Shown here piece after piece: positions 50,101 to 60,911 of a stretch of 64,000 nt of DNA (positions are counted from its first letter, which is position 1; the number at the start of each line of letters is the position of its first letter). The notes under the pieces were generated by a model that worked only from the letters and a program-made list of their open reading frames with translations, did not search any database and was not told the origin of the DNA. Where the stretch lies: NCBI GenBank assembly GCA_038087875.1, contig JAXLNO010005255.1:1-64000 (forward strand), read 5' to 3'. Both the position numbers and the translations under genes were made by a program. The stretch comes from Malacoraja senta (Eukaryota).

Positions 50101-53100
50101 TGATCGGCACAGACATTGTGGCCGAACTCCAGCCCATTACACCCTTAATGAACAAAAATCTATCAATCTCAATCTGGAAATTTGCAAGTGGGCAAGATGT
50201 TCAACAGATTACAGAATCGAGAACCAGAGGACATAGGTTTAAATTGAGGGGGGAAAGATTTAATGGGAATCTGATGAGCAATTTCTTCCCACACAATGGT
50301 ACCTTTCTAACTATTCTGACATTCGTCAAGGCTTAGAGATTACAAACCTGTAATCGGATGCTCGTCCTGAAAGTTTAATCCCATTCCTATCAGATGGAAG
50401 TAAATATAATGGTGATGGCCGTGTTGAAATAATAACATATAAAACAAAACTCCTTGGCTGTGGAGTGTTTTGCGAAGCCACATGGATTTTATCCTTACTA
50501 TTCCACTCTTAGCCTTCTTATGTTTCTCCTGGTAACACTGAAACAGACACTTCTAACTCTGCCCTCGGGGCCCCTTCTCACTTCACTTAAACACATGAAC
50601 TTTGACACTGTCTGGTGTGCTGCATGTAATCTTTATCACAGAACAAATACTGCTTGTTCGTGTGGAAACAAGAAACTGCACATGCTGGTTAATACACATA
50701 AAATACTGGAGTAATTCAGCAGGTCAGGCAGTATGTCTGGAGAACATGGTTAGGTGATGTTTCAGTTGAGACAAGTGTAGGAAGGAATGCAGATGTGTAA
50801 GAAGGAACTGCAGAAGCTGATTTAAACCGAAGATAGACAATAAAGCTGGAGTAACTCAGCGGTACAGGCAGCATCCCTAGAGAGAAGGAATGGGTGACGT
50901 TTCGGGTCGAGACCCTTCTTCTGACTGCTGATGCAGATGCTGGTTTACACCGAAGATAGATACAAAAGGCTGGAGTAACTCAGCAAGTCAGGCAGCATCG
51001 CTGGAGAAAAGGAATAGGTGGAGTTTCAGGTCAAGACACTGCATCAGACAGAGTCGGGGGTGCATATATTTCATTGTACTTTTTCATATCTCTCGGTTCT
51101 CTGTCCCCTGACTCTCATTCTGAAGAAGGGTCTCGACACGAAACGTCACCTTTTCCTTTTCTCTGTAGATGCTGCCTGACCCACTGAGTTACTCCAGTAT
51201 TTAGGCCCTGTTTATTACAGTCTCCACCCTCCACCTCCACCCTCCCCCCCATGGTTATTTCCTATGGTTATTCCAGTTTCCCCGCACGTCCCAAAAATGG
51301 CGGGCTGAAAGGTAAGTTGGCCAGTGTGAATTGATCATGCATATGTATTAGAATTGGTGGAGGGGATGAGGGAGGTGTTAATGGGAGATTGGCAAATATT
51401 AAATGGGTTAGCGTACTACAAGTACAAATAGGTGTTTGATGGTTACCACGAACTTGGTGGGCTAAAGGGCCTTTTAATGTGCTGTACCCAGAGGACATAA
51501 GTTTAAGATGAGGGGGGAATGATTTAATAGGAACCTGAGGCGTAGCTGTGTTACACAAAAGGTGGTGGGTGTACTGAATGAACTGCCGGAGAAGGTACTT
51601 CAGGCACGTACTGTCACGACATTTAAGAAACATTTAATCAGGTACATGGATAGGATAGGCTTATAAGGATATGGGCCTCAGTCAGCTGTAGAGCCCATGT
51701 CAATCGATATTTCTCAGGTGGAGATTAACAGATTCTTGATCAATACAGGTTTCAAGGGTTATGGGGTGCAGGCAGGAGAATGTGGTTGATAGGGAGAGAT
51801 AGATCAGCCATGATTGAATGGCCGATGGGCTGACTGGCCTAATTATTCTCCTAGACCTTATTTACTGATGAAATACAGGCAGTGTAGATGGGGCATGTTG
51901 GTTGGTGTGGCAAGTTGAGCCATAGGCCCTGATTCCCTGCTGTATGACTCTTTGACTTTACCTCTCTATGATTCTATAAAGTCTCCTTGACATTGTCCAG
52001 TTTCTTAATATAATAAAATATTCTTCAAATTTTGGAATATTGTAACTAGTAGAACCTATCGACATGATAGACAATAATAGATCTTTGAAGATGGGAAACA
52101 ATCCAATACGATCATTCAATACCTCGACCATAATTGGTGGAGTAGGTATCAGAGCCCATCATGCCAACTCTTGACGAAGGCTCAGTGGTGCAGCAGTAGA
52201 CTTGCTCCCTTATCTCGATTACAGCACCATAGACCCAGGTTGGATCCTGATTACGGATGCTGTCTGTACGGAGTTTGTCCATTCTCCCCATTACCGTGTG
52301 GGTTTTTTCCCGAGATGTTCGGATTCTTCCCACATTCCAAAGACGTACAGGTTTGTAGGTTAATTGGCTTGGTGTAGAATGTAAATTGTCCCTAGTGTGT
52401 GTAGGATAGTGTTATTGTGTGGGGGTTGCTGGTCAGTGTGGACTCAGTGGCCCGAAGGGCCTGTTTCCATGCTGTATCTCTAAGCTAAAAACTAAACTAA
52501 AGGCTCCTGACCCAAATTGTCACCTGATCATTGATGCTGCCTGCCCCACTGAGTTCATCCAGCACTTCCATCTGCAGGTCCTTGTGACTCCCTTATTCAA
52601 AGTTATTGTATTGTTATCAGTTTTAGCATTAATAACTTAGTTATTTTCAGTGAATGATACAATCATACTTATTTTTGTTTATGCATTGCAGATTTACACC
52701 ATCTTGCATTTTACTACCTGTTGAACCATGGATTGAATGAGCTGCCTGAGTACAGTATGGTAGCAATGCTGGATGACCTCCAGATAGCATATTTTGACAG
52801 CACACTAGAGCGGGCTGTTCCCAGACAGCGATGGATGGCCCAGTCTTTCCCGCAGGATCAATGGGATTCAATGGCCATCACAGTTGCAGGTTTTCATGGG
52901 ATTGTCAGAGGAAATGCTGAGATAGTCTACCAACAGCAACATGGTATCTCGAGTAAGTGTCGTGACCGGACCTGGGGTAGACACCCAGTGATGGCACAAA
53001 TGGATTTTGTTTTAGTTTTGTTGCTGTCACATGATTCTCTGATACACTTTTTTTGCATGTTAGTCAATCACATCAAAGAAAACTATTCATAAATACAATC

Positions 53101-56100
53101 AAACCAAACTCGTACAATAGGTAGAGCAAAGAGTGCAGAATGTAGTTCTCAGCATTGTAATGTACCAGTGCCAGAGAGACAAAGTCCAGTGTCTACAATG
53201 GGGTTGAGGTGAACCCTAGCATAAGGGAGGACTGTTCAGAAACCTGATAACATAGGGGAGGAAACAGTTACTGAGTCTGGTGGTGCACGCTTTAATGCTT
53301 ACGTACCTTCTGCAGGAAGAAGAAGGAATGACCAGAGCGGGATGAATCTTTGATTATGTTGTCTGCTTTCCTGAGCCAGTTGAAATACAGATGGATTCAC
53401 TGGTGGGGAATCATGTTTGTGTGATCGATTGTGCTACATCTCCACCTCCCTGCCATTTCCAGCGGTATTGGGCAGAACTCTTTCCAAACTAAGTTGTGAT
53501 GCAACCTGTCAGTGTGCTTTCTATGGCACATTTGTAGAAGTTTGTAACAGTCATTGGAGATGCCGCATTTCCTTAGTCTCCTGAGGCAGTAGGGGAACCA
53601 GAAACTCTCAACCTTTTTCACTTCAGCACCATTGATGCTGTTTCAGACATTTACTCCATCACATTTTGATAGAGACACGGCCCATCGTCTATATTTAATG
53701 TGTCCTAACTGCTGAACACCCATTGACAACAGTTGGCTGGTGATAGTCTCTTTATGGGTTAAGCATTTGATATTTAACACCAGTAAAAAGTGGATGGATT
53801 GGATCATCTGTTTTATTGGGCTGGAATGAGGGAGAAACCATAGTTTATTTATAGCCTGATCACCTAGAGATGGGACCTTGATTAAGCTGGTTGATGGTGA
53901 CTATGATGTATTCCCTCAACAATAATATTCTGTTAATCCAGCATTCCCTCAATATTGGCAACAATCCACAGAGAGTGTAGCAATCCCACACAGTGCAACA
54001 GCCTGATGTACTTCCCATCTGCATTGCCTTAACCTTCAGACTGACCTGTTCACTGTATAACATTGCCCATCTGACAATGCACTCCTTCCTCTGTTCTTTA
54101 TGTACGAAAGTGCAGAATCTGAGTTCTACCCTTCTGACACAGCAAAACTTCTTTAGTGTTACATCCGCAACAGTAAAGCTTCCCCCCTCAACACTTGAGG
54201 TTAGTCCATGCCCTCAGTATATAGACCATGGGTCATTGAGTCACACATCATGGAAACCGGCCCTTCTGCTCACTGAATCCACATTGATCATCATTTGTAC
54301 TAAGATGGAGTCACAGCAAACTGCAGATGCTGCCAATCTGAATTAAAAACAAACAGGAGGAACTCAACGAGTCAGGCAGCATGCTGTGGAAAAATGGACA
54401 GAAAACATATGAGACCAGGACCATTTAGAGTGATGGAGTAGGGTGGAGAAAGCTGGAAAATAAAAGTAGTCTGTGTAGGATACTGTTAATGTGCGGGGAT
54501 CACTGGTCAGTGCGGACTAGGTGGGCCGAAGGGCCTCTTTCCGCGCTGTATCTCTGAGCTAAACCTGCTCCTATGCTGTACAGCTCCATGTTGTGTTCTG
54601 TTATGCCTGTTTGTACCATGCTGAGAACTGATTTGTAAATTGCCTCTCCCTTCCATCCACTCTCCCCAACACAAATCCTCCACCCCTACCTCAGCCCCAG
54701 CTGTTTGCTTTGTGCAGGGTTTCTGCGGCTGTGAAGTGGACAGTGACAATTCCACTGATGGGTTTGTCAGACTGGGTTATGATGGGGAGGATGCCTGTGC
54801 TTTTGACAAGGACAGAATGCGCTGGATTGCACTACGTCCAGATTTCCAGATGCTAGCAGATCGGTGGAACGTCAACACCTTCATGAACAAGTATTTTAAA
54901 GATCTCCTGGAGAAGGACTGTGTGAAGTGGCTGCGGATATATCTGGAGTGTGGACAAGAAGCACTACAGAGGAGAGGTACACGACGTAGGCACTCTGACT
55001 GATGGGCCAGAGGATATCCTCTGGATAGATCAGGTGGGAAATATCATGCACTTCAGGCTGTCACTTGAGTAATTATTTAGTTTAGTTTAGTGATACAGCG
55101 CGGAAACCCACCGAGACCGCACCGACCAGCCATGCCCGCACACTAACACTATCCTACACACACTAGGGACAATTTGCATTTATACCAATCCAATTAACCT
55201 ACAAATTTGTACGTCTTTCGAGTGTGAGGGGAAACCGAAGATCTCGGATAAAACCCATGCAGGTCACAGGGAGAACGTACAAACTCTGTAAAGACAAGCA
55301 CCCGTAGGTAGTAACAAACCCAGGTCTCTGGCGCTGTAAGGCAGTAGCTCGACCGCTTCGCCACCCTGTTCTACGATGTGGGTATCAGTAAATTGTCTGG
55401 CAACGTGCCTCTTAGATGGAGCCAGTGGGTAGGAAGTGCAAGTGAAAGATAAATATTGTACCAGTGTCCTCTATCCACAGTCATATAGATATTCAGGAAA
55501 TGGAGGGATATGTATCTTGGTCTTATGTTTAGCATTGACCTTGTGCCTGAAGTGTCTGTTGCTGCGCTGATCAGAAACCCAATCAGATTCTCTATTTGCC
55601 TCTATTACTCCTTGGGATGGTGACATCCAATTTCCAACAGTTCTCTGGTTGAAGAACTTCTTCCTCCCATTCCCTCTTGGAATATTTAGTGTTATTATTC
55701 AGCTGAGATTCATGAACAAGTAGAAGCAATCATGTCTACAGTATCAATCCCAATGGTGAGTTATACTCCTCCATTGGGCCTGCATTCCCCTTACATCTGC
55801 GCTGTCAGTTCAAGTCTGGAGCTAAGATAAGGAGCATGTCAGTGATATTAAAACTAAATGTTTTGTTGTTTTGCCAGAAATGCAAAATGAAAAGAGAAAA
55901 GGCTGTAAACTTTGTGCAAGATAGAACTGCAGATGCTGGTTTACACTGAAGATAGAAGATGTTGGAGTAACTCAGTGGGTCAGATAGCATCTCTGGCCTT
56001 CTCTCCAGAGATGCTGCCTGACCTGCTGAGTTATTCCAGCATTTTGGGTCTAGGCTGGAAACTTTGTTCAGCTGGAGAAAAAACTGATTGGGAAAGAGGT

Positions 56101-59100
56101 GAGTTGCAGTGATCTTACAATTGAAGGCTTTTGTTCATGTCTTCACTGATTCTGACGCTTCCTACACTTGCAGAAACCCCTGAGGTGTTTATTGGGATTA
56201 AACGTGATGGGTCACAATCACTGAGACTCTCCTGCCTTGTCACAGGCTTCTACCCACGGGCCATCGATGTAACGTGGCTGAGAGATGGTGAGGGAGACCA
56301 CGAGTCTGAATCCAGTGATCTGTTGCCCAATTGGGATGGGACTTACCAGCTGAAGAATACAATTCAACTGAGTAGAGAAGATGTGGCAAAATTCTCCTGT
56401 TACATTGAACATGCAACTCTGCTGCAGGGAGTCAATGTTCCACAGGGTAAGTGGCAAGTCAATGAGGCTGATCACTTGAGAGAATAAACCTCCTGGACTG
56501 AGATAACAGCCTCAACACACTCTTAACTAAGCTGTGCATTTAGATTTTAGACTTTAGAGATATGGTGCAGATACAGGCCCCTCAGCTCAATGAGTCCTCG
56601 CTGAACAGTGATCATCCCGTACATTTACACTAACCAACACACTGGGGACAATTTACAATTTTACCTAAGCCAAGTAACCTTCAAGCCTGTATGCCTTTGG
56701 AGTGTGGGAGGAAACCGGAGCACCCGGAGAAAACCCACGCAGTCACAGGGAGAACATACAATGTCCTTGCAGACAGCACCTGTAGTCAGGATCAAACCCA
56801 GGTCTCTGGTGCAGTAAGGCAGCAGCTCTACCGCTACGCCACTGTGCCACCCATTATTAATTTGTGGTTATCTAATTGCCCAGAATTATTGATAGTCAAT
56901 GGAATGTGGTTTAATTTAAGAGATACAGCACAGAAACCGGCCCTTTGGCCCACGAGTCTGCGTCAACCAGCGATCCCTGCACACTTACATTATCTTACTT
57001 ATTAGAGACAATTTACAATTATACCAAGCCAATTAACCTACAAACCTGTATGTCTTTGGACTGAGGGAGGAAACCGGAGATCCAGGCAAAACCCACGCAG
57101 GTCCGGGGGAGAAGGTACAAAACTCTGTACAGATGGGACCCGTAGTTAGAATTGAACCGGGTCTCTGGCGCTGTAAGGCAGCAGTTCCACTAAGTGGGCA
57201 AAGCAGAGCCAAATGGAATACAGTGTAGCAAGTGTCTGGTTTTACATTTTGGCAGTCGGAATAAAGACATAGACTATTTACTAAATGGGGAGAGAATTCA
57301 GAAATCTGAGCTACAAAGTGGGAGTAGTAGTGCAGGATTCCCAAATAGTTCATTTGCAGATTGAGTCAGTGGTAAGTAAGGCAAATGCAATGCCAGCATT
57401 CATTTCGGGGGGACTAGAATATAAAAACAATGATATAATGCTGAGGATTTATCGGGCACTGGTGAAGACACATTTGGAATATTGTGAGCAGTTTTGGGCT
57501 CCATATTAGAAAGGATGTGCTGGCTTTGGAGAGGGTCCAGAGGAAGTATGTCCTGGGGATGATTGATTTAACGTATGAGGAACGTTTGAAGTCTCTGGGC
57601 TTCTACTCGTGGGAATTTAGAAGGATGAGGGGAAAATCTCTGAAACCTACCAGTTAATGAAAGTCCCAGTTAGTGGATGTGGATAGGATGTTTTCAGTAA
57701 TGGGAGAGTCTAGCACAGCCTCACAATGAAAATACGTACTTTCAAAATGGAGATGAGGAGGAATTTCTTTAGTCACAGGGTGGTGAATCTGTGGAATTCA
57801 TTGATACAGACAGCTGTGTGGGTCAAGTCATTGCATATTTTAAAGCAGAGAATGATAGGTTCTTGATTAGTACGGGTGCCAAAAGTTACAGGGAGAAGGC
57901 TGGAGAATGGGATTCAGAGGTAAAAATAGATCTGCCATGACTGAATGGTGGAGTAGACTCAATGGACTGAAAGGCCAACTTCTGCTCCAATGGTAAAAAT
58001 TATTCTTATGTCACCCTTAACTCACACATCCAAATGTAGGAAGCAAGATAGGCTGATCCTGGCCAAGGTCTCTTATCTTATTTCTTGGGCATCTAGCTAA
58101 TTTTTTAATAGTAGTTAGTTGCACAAAAGGCCAATAGTGGTGCCACATCCAACCCCATTATCAGGCTGAAGTAGCAGCACCTGTTCTGTAGCTGACTTAT
58201 TTGTTCCAGTCAAGACCTCTGCAAATATCTTCACACCAGGGCCAAGCTGACATGGTTAAAATTGCTGGTCAGTACAAATAGACAGTAGTGTTAATGTCTG
58301 AGTGTGCGTGTGTGTGTGTGTGTGTGCGCTCATGCGTGTGAGACAGAGAGAGGGGGAGGGGGAGGGAGAGAAAGAGAGTGTGTGTGTGTGAGAATATCAA
58401 ACTCTCAGATATTGAAATATCAGCAAAGTTTAAAACCTTTGAAGTTTTATCAACTATAAATGGGTTCACTTTTATTTGCTAAAATAACAATGGTCAACAT
58501 AAGAAAATAGCCTTGTTGACCTCTACACTGCAAATTGACCACCAGGGGGCGCTGACCTGTGTGCGGCTACCCAGCCAGCAGCTGTCTGTCCTTTCACCTT
58601 TATTTTTTATTTTAGTCAGTAAAGTGTTTTGTTTTGGAGGTCTAGACTTTTTTGTGTGTGGGGGGGGGGGAGGGGGAAACTACCTTTCAGGGTCCCTACC
58701 TGGCTGGAGAGGCAGCTTTTCTCCGGGCTGCAGCTTCGACCCGTCCTCGCGGCCTACCAGTGGGCCTGGAGCGGCGTTTCCTGTCGGGGACCGCCCAGAG
58801 CCTCGGCTTCGGCACAGCGCTGGAGCGCTATCGCGGAGCGGGCGGTGCCTTGCCCGGGTCGCCGCGCTGGAGCTCCGGTGAGCTGAGGATCGCTGGAGAA
58901 AACATCGCGGAGCTGCGGGACTGTGGAGCGACCAGCTGAACTTTACACCGGGAGCCTGGGATCTCTAGATGAGAGCGCCAGTTGTGGAGCTCCAACCGGC
59001 GCGGCCTTGTTGGCTTCGGAAGCCGCGGCCCCCAGTGCGGAAGCGGCCGTTCCAGGGTTCCGAGGCCGCTGGGAGGACTCTCCCGACGCTGGAGCAACAT

Positions 59101-59857
59101 CACCCGGCGAGAACGGCCTGGAACATCGGGCCTCCGTAGAGGCAACTGTGGAGGCCTCAATGGGCCCGACTATGGGTGAACTGGGGTTGGGGACTGGACT
59201 TTGTGCCTTCCCTCATGGTGGGACCCATTGTGGGGGGGTGTTCAGTGTTAAGACTATCTTGGTGTTGTGTCTGTATTCTCTCTCTTTTTTGTGTGCTGCA
59301 TAATGGCAAAAAGCATTTCACTTCACTACACCCGGGTGTATGTGAATGTGACAAATAAAATATCTTGAATCTTGAATCTTTATTTATGACATATGTTTGA
59401 TTCTTTAAATTCATAATTAAATGCTGCAGATAAAATCTCAACGCTAATATGAACTTCAAAGATTTTTCATTGATCTATTTAAACATCCATCGTCTGGACA
59501 ATTACATAAATCTAAGACTTTGTTACTTTTTATTTAGATGTGAACAATGCTAGTTTAATGTAGATAATAAAATCATTTCAAAGTCATAATTGATCAATAA
59601 ATGTTTAAAATGAACTATATATGCCAACAGAGATGGCAGCGAAAGAAGATATAAAGATTAGGATCGTGACTGGAGCTGTAATCGTTCCTCTCTTTCTCCT
59701 GGGGATCATCCTTGGAATTGGTTGCTGGAAGAAGAGGAAAAAGATAAAACCTTTCAATGAACAGGGACCAGCTGACAACAGCAGAGACCAGGAGACGACT
59801 GCAGTGACCATGAAGCACAATCAACTTCCATTGGGATGCAGAGGTCTACCGGAATGA
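44128..59857 (+). CDS. Non-classical MHC class I-like heavy chain gene (leader, alpha1, alpha2, alpha3, TM/cytoplasmic)
   Basis: Five exons joined by phase-1 introns, as is standard for class I genes. The alpha1/alpha2 motifs (FDS...P...W, QxxxGCE, YDGED, CVKWLRIYLE) and the IgC1 alpha3 (LSCLVTGFYPRAIDVTW, DGTYQL, FSCYIEH) are present. The lineage cannot be assigned without an alignment. Confidence 0.95.
44598..49377 (-). mobile_element. DIRS1-type tyrosine-recombinase retrotransposon, structurally full-length, ORFs decayed
   Basis: Left ITR about 49270-49377. Right ITR about 44598-44710, with inverted match 44676-44704 to 49319-49348. The ICR at about 44826-44938 is complementary to both outer ends. 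Fragments of gag, RT (MAYLDDILI), RNase H, methyltransferase-like (DAFVLNW...YAFSP) and YR (HSTRAAS). No TSD. Confidence 0.95.
52175..52500 (+). mobile_element. HE1-type V-SINE (tRNA-derived head, CR1-type tail), near full length
   Basis: tRNA-like head (ggtgcagcagtaga...ggttggatcctga), core tgctgtctgtacggagtttgt...ggtttgtaggttaattggc, and tail gggcctgtttcc...ctaaactaa. Confidence 0.85.
52692..52952 (+). CDS. MHC class I-like alpha1 exon (DLHHLAFYYLLNHGLNELPEYSMVAMLDDLQIAYFDS...YQQQHGIS)
   Basis: Acceptor ttgcag|AT and donor A|gtaagt. 261 nt, open reading frame. Confidence 0.93.
53050..53650 (-). mobile_element. Rex1/L2-like LINE 3' fragment in MHC intron 2
   Basis: LRRLRKCGIS and a degenerate ESILT.CIT.W region. 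Confidence 0.6.
54701..54976 (+). CDS. MHC class I-like alpha2 exon (VCFVQGFCGCEVDSDNST...LEKDCVKWLRIYLECGQEALQRR)
   Basis: Acceptor ccccag|CT and donor G|gtacac. 276 nt. Canonical C101/C164 equivalents are present. Confidence 0.95.
56174..56446 (+). CDS. MHC class I-like alpha3 (IgC1) exon
   Basis: Acceptor cttgcag|AA and donor G|gtaagt. 273 nt. Both IgC1 cysteines, FYP, W and DGTYQ are present. Confidence 0.96.
57260..57995 (+). mobile_element. Degenerate CR1 3' fragment in MHC intron 4
   Basis: YRALVKTHLEYCEQFWAPY motif and CR1 tail. Confidence 0.8.
58300..58390. repeat. (TG)n/(GA)n microsatellite cluster
   Basis: Directly visible. Confidence 0.9.
58530..59370 (+). repeat. Unclassified GC-rich interspersed repeat (related element at ~41494-42130)
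   Basis: T-rich start, GC-rich body and LINE-like ...tgacaa(a)taaa tail. No coding potential. Confidence 0.45.
58536..58554 (+). promoter_or_regulatory. CTCF motif
   Basis: TGACCACCAGGGGGCGCTG preceded by CTGCA (upstream-motif-like). Confidence 0.6.
59631..59857 (+). CDS. MHC class I-like TM + cytoplasmic exon (single exon)
   Basis: Acceptor ccaacag|AG (phase 1, weak pyrimidine tract). Hydrophobic IVTGAVIVPLFLLGIILGIGCW, then stop-transfer KKRKK, tail and TGA. Confidence 0.8.
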
Positions 59858-60325
59858 TGCCTGGATTAGTGGGGTATTAGCCACAGGGAGAAGTTGGACA
59901 CACTGGACAGTTGGATTGTTTTCTCTGGAATGTCGGGGATTGAGGGGAGACCTGACAGTAATATATCAAACTGGGAGGAGTCGAGATAGGGTAGACCATC
60001 AGACTTTTTACCCAGGAAGGAAATATCAAACAAGAGCAGGTATAGCTTTACAATGAGTGGCAAAGTTTAAAAAAGATGTGCAGGACAAGTGTTTTACGCC
60101 AAGGGTGGCGAGTGACTGGAATGTGCTGCCGGGGGTGGTGGTGGAAGCAGATATGATAGTGGCATTTAAGAGACTTTTAGATAGGCACATGTATATGCAG
60201 GGTATGGATGGATATGGATTATGTGCAAGCAGGTAACAATTGGTCTTGGCATCATGTTCGGCACAAACATTGTGGGTCAAAGGGCCTGTTCTTGTGCTGT
60301 ACTGTTCTATGTTCTATGCTCTTTA
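59835..60325 (+). mobile_element. CR1 3' fragment overlapping the last codons and stop of the MHC-like gene
   Basis: atgcagaggtctaccggaatgatgcctggatta... reads as CR1 QR(R)FT.MMPGL and ends with an (ttctatg)n tail. Confidence 0.82.
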
Positions 60326-60911
60326 TTGTATCAATGCTGACTGATGGCTTTACATTCAGCCATTAATTTTTCAAGTGCTGTCTTCACTGCAGTTAAAGGT
60401 CTGTCTCACGAATCTGCGGTCATTGGCGGCGAAACGGGAAGAATCTGCCGCCATAGACCGCGCACTCGTGAGAAAGAACAATTCCCGGGCCGTGCGACGG
60501 TGTTCCCAACACCGCGCGGTGCAAAAATAAAATCGACAATGTCGAAAACACAATATTCACCGCACAACCTCCACCAGTGATGCACGAGTGCGCACGGCCG
60601 CTCGCACGGCCCGCCGCCAGTATGGCTCGAGCGCCGTGCGTCAAGCCTCCACTGCCACAGCCTCCGCCAGTGAGGCACGTGCCGCCGCCAGTGATGCACG
60701 TGTGCTGCACGGCCGCAGGCACAGCCACCGCTGCAGCGCCGCGATCTGGACAGCTGCCGCCACAACCCATCAGATTCAAAATGACGTCATCGCAGTCGGT
60801 CCGCCCTTTTTCTTTGCTGTTCACGTCCAAACCACGCGAGATCTGAGACTTCAACAGTGTAGCATTTTACCGCGTTTTTCAAACGGAGTATTTTGACAGT
60901 TGACTAGCAAC

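Noticed and set aside
50482-50531. Alternative leader candidate MDFILTIPLLAFLCFS, with an upstream TATA-like catataaaa and a gtaac donor
   Set aside because: The donor is phase 2, so joining to alpha1 creates TGA. The 44128 exon fits in phase 1 with a consensus donor. It could only work with a 1-nt indel or an unseen exon.
58217-58260. Possible alternative exon in MHC intron 4 (VKTSANIFTPGPS*)
   Set aside because: An acceptor exists, but there is no adjacent poly(A) signal or other support. It is weaker than the two candidates reported.
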